Below, one piece after another: positions 57,801 through 64,000 of a stretch of DNA of 64,000 nt. The translations under genes and the position numbers were made by a program. The notes under the pieces were generated by a model. It ran no database searches. It saw only the letters and a list, made by a program, of their open reading frames with translations, and was not told the DNA's origin. Each line of letters begins with the position of its first letter. Position 1 is the stretch's first letter. The stretch is from positions 8,990,001-9,054,000 of the forward strand of contig CM102286.1 of the NCBI GenBank assembly GCA_046563655.1, read 5' to 3'. The DNA comes from Yuukianura sp. NJ FZ-2021 (lineage: Eukaryota).

Positions 57801-58103
57801 GTTGTTGACAAGTCTAAAAAATAGTACCCTTCTGTCCAGTAATCATAGGCTTTCTGGAAGAAGTTTCAGAAATATTGGAATTTCTGCTTCAATCTAGTCA
57901 TACGACTTGAAGATTCAAAATTCGACAAAAATATGCCACATAAAGGCTTACACAGATTCAAAAAAAAATATGAAATTCATCAACACCAGTTTCACTTAAG
58001 GAAAGAAAGTGAAAGAAAATTAAAGTCGTCTGGGTTGTGCACAGTTTTTTTTTGAAAAGTTTACTCTTAAATGAGTGAATCTGCAGTCCCATTCTGGAAC
58101 CTG

Positions 58104-59008
58104 GGGACTATTTCACTTTACAATGTTCACTTTTCAATAATCAATCCTCAATTTTCAATTTTTGCAAAGTGAGGATGAAAAGCGTTTCACCGTAACCACA
58201 GACTCCTCAAATTCCCTTCCGCAGTTTGGAACCTTTTTTTTTTGAAAAGTGAGGAAGAAAAAAAGAAAAGTGAAGAGTGATGACTCTTCGTAAATGGACA
58301 TTTCACTAATGGAAACAGAAACTTTAGGTTCAAGGTAAACGTGTTGACCGTTTATTGGTCAGTGTCCGTTAGGGACTGTACATTGACGACTATGCATTGG
58401 CGACCGCCCATTAGTGGCCGTCCGTTAGCGACTGTCTATTGATGACTGTCCATTGGCAACCGTCGGTTAGTGACTGTCCATTGGCGATTGTCAGTTAGTG
58501 ATTGCCCATTGGTGACTATGCATTGGCTACCGAAACTGAGCGTAGAATTGAAAAAATCATTTGCTACCGCAAAGTTGAGGAATGGCAGAAAAGCTGTTGT
58601 CAAAAAATGTCATCCGTGTCACTGTCCCTCGAATGGAGTCATCCATAACTCTAACTTAAGTCCATTTGAATCATTATAAGTCATGCCATACCCAAACTGT
58701 CAGGTAATCGGCGGCAACTTTCAAAAATCATACACTTTTTAATCTTTAAAGAAGCCCCCGACCTTCTTCAAAAAAAATTAAAAAGTGCAAAATATTGCAC
58801 ACCTCTCGTTGCCAAAGGAAAAGCGGTGAAACACTCTTCATGCTTTTTTAGTGAAAAATTCCTCAATTTTCACTATGCAAAATCAATCCACAATTTGCAA
58901 TTTTCACTTTGCAACTTTGTTATGGTGAAACACTCCACTCCTCAATTTACTCGAAAAATTGAAAATTGAGGAGAAAAAGTGCAAAATGAAAAGTGGTGAA
59001 ATACACCC
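58104..59008. mobile_element. PIF/Harbinger-type MITE containing a 15-bp minisatellite (about 58355-58531)
   Basis: Imperfect TIR gggactatttcac / gtgaaatacaccc and 3-bp TSD CTG (58101-58103, 59009-59011). Confidence 0.6.
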
Positions 59009-59733
59009 CTGTTTTAACAGAAAATTTGAGAGTACGTATTCCAAGATTTTTATGGCAACGGAATAGTATATATATGCTATAGAAACGTTGACCGATCATA
59101 TAGTTCGCCTGACAAAATCAGCACTGTTAAATTTTTTACATACAATTTGTATGCGGCATTTCAGTGGCCCTATTAAAGAATTCGAGTGTCACGCTAAGAG
59201 TAGGTAGTTCGATTACCACTAAATACTAAAAAGTACGTTGTGGCTTATGTATTGAAAAATGGCGTACTGTTATAATATGAGAATGTATTCCTTGTATTTT
59301 TCAACAATTTTTTATTAGGACTCCGCCTCACATTTGGTGTCCAACGATTATATTGCCAATTATAGTTTCTATTCTTAGTACAGATACTAAAAATAGTGTT
59401 GGGTTGTACGCCAACTCGCTATTAATCCTTGAGTACCAGCGGGTCTGATGACAGTATTTGACGATCTCCTGGAGAAAGCGGTGACCGTAGGAGCAGTTTC
59501 AATTAAACAGGTTAGTATAGTTGTAATTCTAATTTATTTTATTACCTAAACGCCATTGTAGCTGTTTCTTTGTTGAATTTTTTAACTAATAAGTAACCAA
59601 TGCGGAAAGATTGTATAAAACGTAGAGTTTATTGAAAACAGACAAAATTTTAATAAATTAACTAATAAATAACGTAACGGACGCTATTACACGACGCCTC
59701 TTAAGCAATTAAACACTTAAAACGCTTGTGTTC

Positions 59734-60274
59734 GGTTCCAGGTCATAGCCGCCAATCCAAAAGCGGCCAATCCCATAGGAGCCAATCAATAGCGCCCAAT
59801 TTCTAAAGCGGCCAATCCCTTAGCGCCCAATCCTAAAGCGGCCAATTTCTAAAGCCGCCAATTCCTTAGCGGCCAATCCTACAGCGGCCAACGTCAATAG
59901 CCGCCAATAGTTAAAGCCGACAAAATTAGAAACTGCCGATTATAACTTAAGGTAATCACCCTACGTAGTAATTCACATTAACGTGGCCTAACCAAACCTA
60001 CCCTAGGTTAATCAAGCATAACACAACCTAAATAACCTAACCTGATTAAATTAAAACTCGTTTCTAGTTTTGTCGGCTTTAGAAATTGGCGGCTATTGAC
60101 GTTGGCCGCTTTAGGATTTCCGCTAATTAATTGGCGGCTTTAGAAATTGGCCGCTTTAGAAATTGGCCGCTTTAGGATTGGCCGCTAAGGGATTGGCCGC
60201 TTTAGAAATTGACCGCTATTGATTGGCTCCTATGGGATTGGCCGCTTTTGGATTGGCGGCTATGACCTGTTACG
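59734..60274. mobile_element. Foldback/Mutator-like MITE with long arms of about 16-bp repeats
   Basis: Inverted arms built of agcggccaat units; ends ggttccaggtcatagccgcc / ggcggctatgacctgttac; TSD ttgtgttc (59726-59733, 60275-60282). Confidence 0.88.
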
Positions 60275-60617
60275 TTGTGTTCTACGATGTTGAGAACTTA
60301 AAAAAAAGTTTATTAACAAAAATAATTTTTTAAAGGTTCATTTCGTCAAGGACGCACGAAGGGTACCCTGAGGATAATTTCCTATTGGTGGAAATTTATT
60401 TAAAACTGCTACCTGATTGATAAACGCCAGAACGTGCCAAAAGACTCTTTTTTTGAAAAGTTGAAACGAGTAAGCCCTGATAGCGAAATTTTTTTGTTCA
60501 TTTTCAGAGAGTAATTTTCTTATCTTCAAGTTAACTTCTTTTGCAGATAATTTCCGTTTATTTGGAATATCTCATTTAATTATATGTTTTTTATATGCGA
60601 ATTTGAAGTTGGCAGCA

Positions 60618-61109
60618 ATGGAGGGGGTTCGTGACATGACTATTCCTTATACTGAAAACGAAATTCAGAAAGTTTTGGCAAAATTACGGACTTTCAAAAC
60701 TTATGACCCCGCGACGGACTCCATCGGAACAGACGACACTGTCAATTCTGGTCTAGCTCTAGGAATTGGAAACTCGGATGAGCAAAATCGAGCTTACGCA
60801 AGCTACTTTGACAGGAATCACGGGGGCCGCTGTAATCTGACTGACTACGAACGACTCATGCGTTCACTCCATACAGTTGCCCTTCAAGCTGGATGGTACG
60901 CCGACATGTGTGACCTCAATAAAGATGGCGCGATTAGTAGAAATGAATTTGAGCAAATATACGAACTTATGTCTATTCAATGGCCAGCGATTGCAGGAAA
61001 AACTTACGAAGACTTCGCTGAAGAAGCTGACACAAATCGCGACGGAATTGTCCAAATTTCCGAAATGCAAGCCTGGATCGAGAAAAAGGCAGCTGAAGGA
61101 AAGCGTTGA
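60618..61109 (+). CDS. Calmodulin-like EF-hand Ca2+-binding protein, copy 2 (163 aa)
   Basis: 150/163 aa identical to copy 1; same EF loops. Confidence 0.88.
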   Translation: MEGVRDMTIPYTENEIQKVLAKLRTFKTYDPATDSIGTDDTVNSGLALGIGNSDEQNRAYASYFDRNHGGRCNLTDYERLMRSLHTVALQAGWYADMCDLNKDGAISRNEFEQIYELMSIQWPAIAGKTYEDFAEEADTNRDGIVQISEMQAWIEKKAAEGKR

Positions 61110-61205
61110 CATATTAACATCTAAGAAAATATATTGTAGTAAGATACTCTTTAGTTATTTAAATGTTTTTGCAGTGACAGTTTGACAATAACATGTGCGT
61201 AGCTA

Positions 61206-62011
61206 TCGTAGTTTTCAGAAGTACTTCCCGAGTTTTGAAAGACCGCCAATAAAACTTTTCTGAGCAAAACTAAGCAATCTTTGCCAATCAAGAGGTTATT
61301 AGGAGAAAAAGTGTATCAACCACCTCTCTCTCACATGAACCATATGCATTTTCTTACAAAATTTGCGAAATAATCAATTAAAAATACACATAAAATCACT
61401 AGTGTATCTTGCTTCACTAGTGTATCTTGGGATAAAGAATTTCAGTGTTTAACTAAAGTAACTTATCCAAGCGCATAGTTTATGGTTCTATTAGCCTGCT
61501 TCCAACCGAATATCGGAGGAAGATGGGTAGGTAACAACAGAATTTACGTAAATTATGAAACTTACAAAACCCTCCTGAACCTTACGTAAGTTACGTAAAT
61601 CCCAACTAAGTTACAGGCTTCAAACCTGAATCCCACCGACAAAGTTTAGTAAAATTTATCATTAACTGAAACTTTACAAATACCAATATGAGGGCTTATG
61701 ATGCTCATAACTGGGGGTTGACTGTCAGTCAGGATCCAGGTGGTGGACAAGTAGGAGATGGTTAGGTATTGATTCAGGGTCGATCCAATTAAAACTTATA
61801 AAATTTCAATTAGTTAATCGGTACTAATTAAACGTTAAATAAGACATAGGATCGAGATTGTCGAAACAGCGAGATCACGGGATCTTGTTATCATTTAACC
61901 GACTCAAGTTTAGTTGAGTTGGCGCTCACTTTTTCACTTTCGCCCCGAGAGATTCAAACGCGTCTCAACCTTCCCTCAAAAGAACTCGGGAACTACTTCT
62001 GAACACTACGA
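61206..62011. mobile_element. TA-targeting (Tc1/mariner-type) non-autonomous element
   Basis: About 29-bp TIR tcgtagttttcagaagtacttcccgagtt; TA duplicated; the paralog has a single TA at 13903-13904. Confidence 0.85.
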
Positions 62012-62440
62012 TATGTCTTACAATGCAATCGTCACTGAAAATATTCGGTTTTAGTATATAGTTTGGAAACAATAAATTCGACCCATCGCCACCTTTGGTC
62101 GAGGTAAACTTGGGCGCCCCGACTGAACACACCCACCCGTTCCAATTTTCGCGCCGCTGTAATTGTCCCACCCATTGTACCCACCGGATGGATACATTTG
62201 TACCTTCCGACACTGCAAGCAATGAGGGTATTCAACGCAAAATTAACCAAAAACCATTATTGTCAAAACTATTTTTAATTTTACTGGCCTGAATGAGTAC
62301 ACCAATTATGTAGAGTGCGAAAACGAAAAAAAAATATTTGAAAAAAACGAGACAACTGAGAGGCGTGTTTCCTACCTTTTCCAATTGACTTTTGACACGC
62401 AATTAGTGACAGGTTATGGCAACAATGTAATTAGTGACAG

Positions 62441-62562
62441 GTTACGGCAACATTGCAATTGGCATTGCAATCGGCAACATTGCAATTGACAACATTGCAA
62501 TTGACACCATTCAATTGACAACATTGCAATTGGCAACACTGCAATTGGCAACTTTGCAATTG
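62441..62562. repeat. 15-bp minisatellite, paralog of 14274-14469
   Basis: caacattgcaattg(g/a) units. Confidence 0.9.
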
Positions 62563-62711
62563 ACTCGAGAGACAATTATATTTCAAGGTTTAATTTTGGA
62601 GGGCGCCCAACATTTAATTTTGGGCAAAATAATTGGAAATAAACCGGTTATAAACTAATGAAAATGATATTAGCGAAGCAACATGGTAGTTTTCTAAAAC
62701 ATACTGAAGCA

Positions 62712-63115
62712 CTCTCCCTTCTCGAGGGAGAGGGTGGGCGTTCCTCCGCTTCGCCGCCTGCCCACAGGCAGAGTGGAGGTGTTTCCCCCACCTTTCTGCC
62801 CCCAGGGGGAGTGGGGGTGTATTCCCCCACTTTTCCGCAAGGGGAACAGAGGCTGTGTTCCCTCACTTTCCCACCCTCCCCTTAGAGGGAGCGGGGGTGT
62901 GTTCCCCCCGGTTTTCCCCTGTGGGAAGTGAAGGTGTGTTCCCTCACTTTTCCGTCCTCACGCTAGATGGAGTGAGGGTGTCTTCCCCCACTTTCCCGCC
63001 TCCAGGGGTAGTGGAGGTGTGTTCACCCACTTTGCCGCCGTCCCACCAGGAGGAGTGGGGGTGTGTTCGCCTTAGGTTTTCTCAGGGGGGAGTGGGGGTG
63101 TGTTCCCCCCACTTT
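62712..63115. repeat. GC-rich minisatellite, about 36-40-bp unit
   Basis: Repeated ggagtgggggtgtgttcccccacttt-like units. Confidence 0.85.
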
Positions 63116-64000
63116 TCACTAAGACTATTGATACAACTTCGTCGGTTTCTCGTGCTTTTAGGACCATTTGCACTGTTGTACTTAAGGCGGAACAGTCGCA
63201 TTTGTTTCACGTAGAGCCAACTTCCAGAGCGGTGTTTGTCTCGAAGTGAGACGACAGCCGCCGACAGTCGTCGCCCCTTTTTCGTCTCGCTTTATTACAG
63301 CACACTGCCTAAAAAGTGAGACAACTTTCGTCTCAGAAAGTGAGACGAAAAGTTTCGTCTCACTTTGACTCATGACACCCGAACACCGGGAGTCAAGTCG
63401 CGCGACAACTTTCGTCAGACAAAAGTGACAAGAATTTTTCCTTCTCACTTTTGTCGTCGCACCCAGCACGCTGCCGAAAGAATCCCTGTCGGCGGCCAGT
63501 ATCTTGTCGTTTCGGAAAGTTGAACTTTTTCAACTTCCAAGACGAAAGTTGGCGGCTCCACTTTTTCTGTGAAAACCGCACACCAAATGAGAGGTAATAA
63601 TGGAAAACCTATTTCTTCTTTCATTCAAAACAGTACATCATAGCAATTATCATGATAGTAATTATGCTCATCTCTCTTATAGAAAACACTAGACATGCAA
63701 AGATCGCAAAATCTTTATAATAATTAATTATCCTATAACTTAATTAGTGCTGTAACTGCAGCGTTATATTAGCATAGCTCTATGCTCTTTTGCTAATCAG
63801 CATATTGTAATAAGGTTTGTAAACAAACCATATTTTGGAATTTCTGAGAATGCCGGCAATTTATGGAAGACAGGAATTGAGACATACAGCACACCAAGTA
63901 AAACCATGGTTGGCCGCCGAACGTCGTCGGCGGTACTTTTTCGTTTCAGTGTGGCAGTGTGCTGTATGCAGAGAAAAAGTGGAGACGAAGAAAGTTCGGC

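Noticed and set aside
62648..63214. Pro/Gly-rich ORFs
   Set aside because: Translations of the GC-rich minisatellite

Overview
AT-rich eukaryotic DNA, most likely arthropod (spliceosomal introns, TTAGG-type motifs; a collembolan is plausible but not provable here). The backbone is a 16-exon PHLDB/LL5-family gene on the minus strand (about 2.8-46.1 kb; FHA, coiled coil, PH domain). Its introns hold: (i) a microbial-type class I terpene synthase-like gene with a spliceosomal intron and one frameshift; (ii) an apparently intact two-gene EnSpm/CACTA-like transposon, with a 3-exon transposase head-to-head with a 5-exon BEN-domain gene and a tRNA-like segment; (iii) one of two 92%-identical calmodulin-like EF-hand genes, the second lying at 60.6 kb; and (iv) two short TSD-flanked insertions carrying Penelope-type minimal hammerhead ribozymes. 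Also present are a Polinton/adenain-like protease remnant, a poly(A) SINE, a pogo remnant and several MITEs and minisatellites. All calls come from manual reading and motif recognition; no database searches were run.
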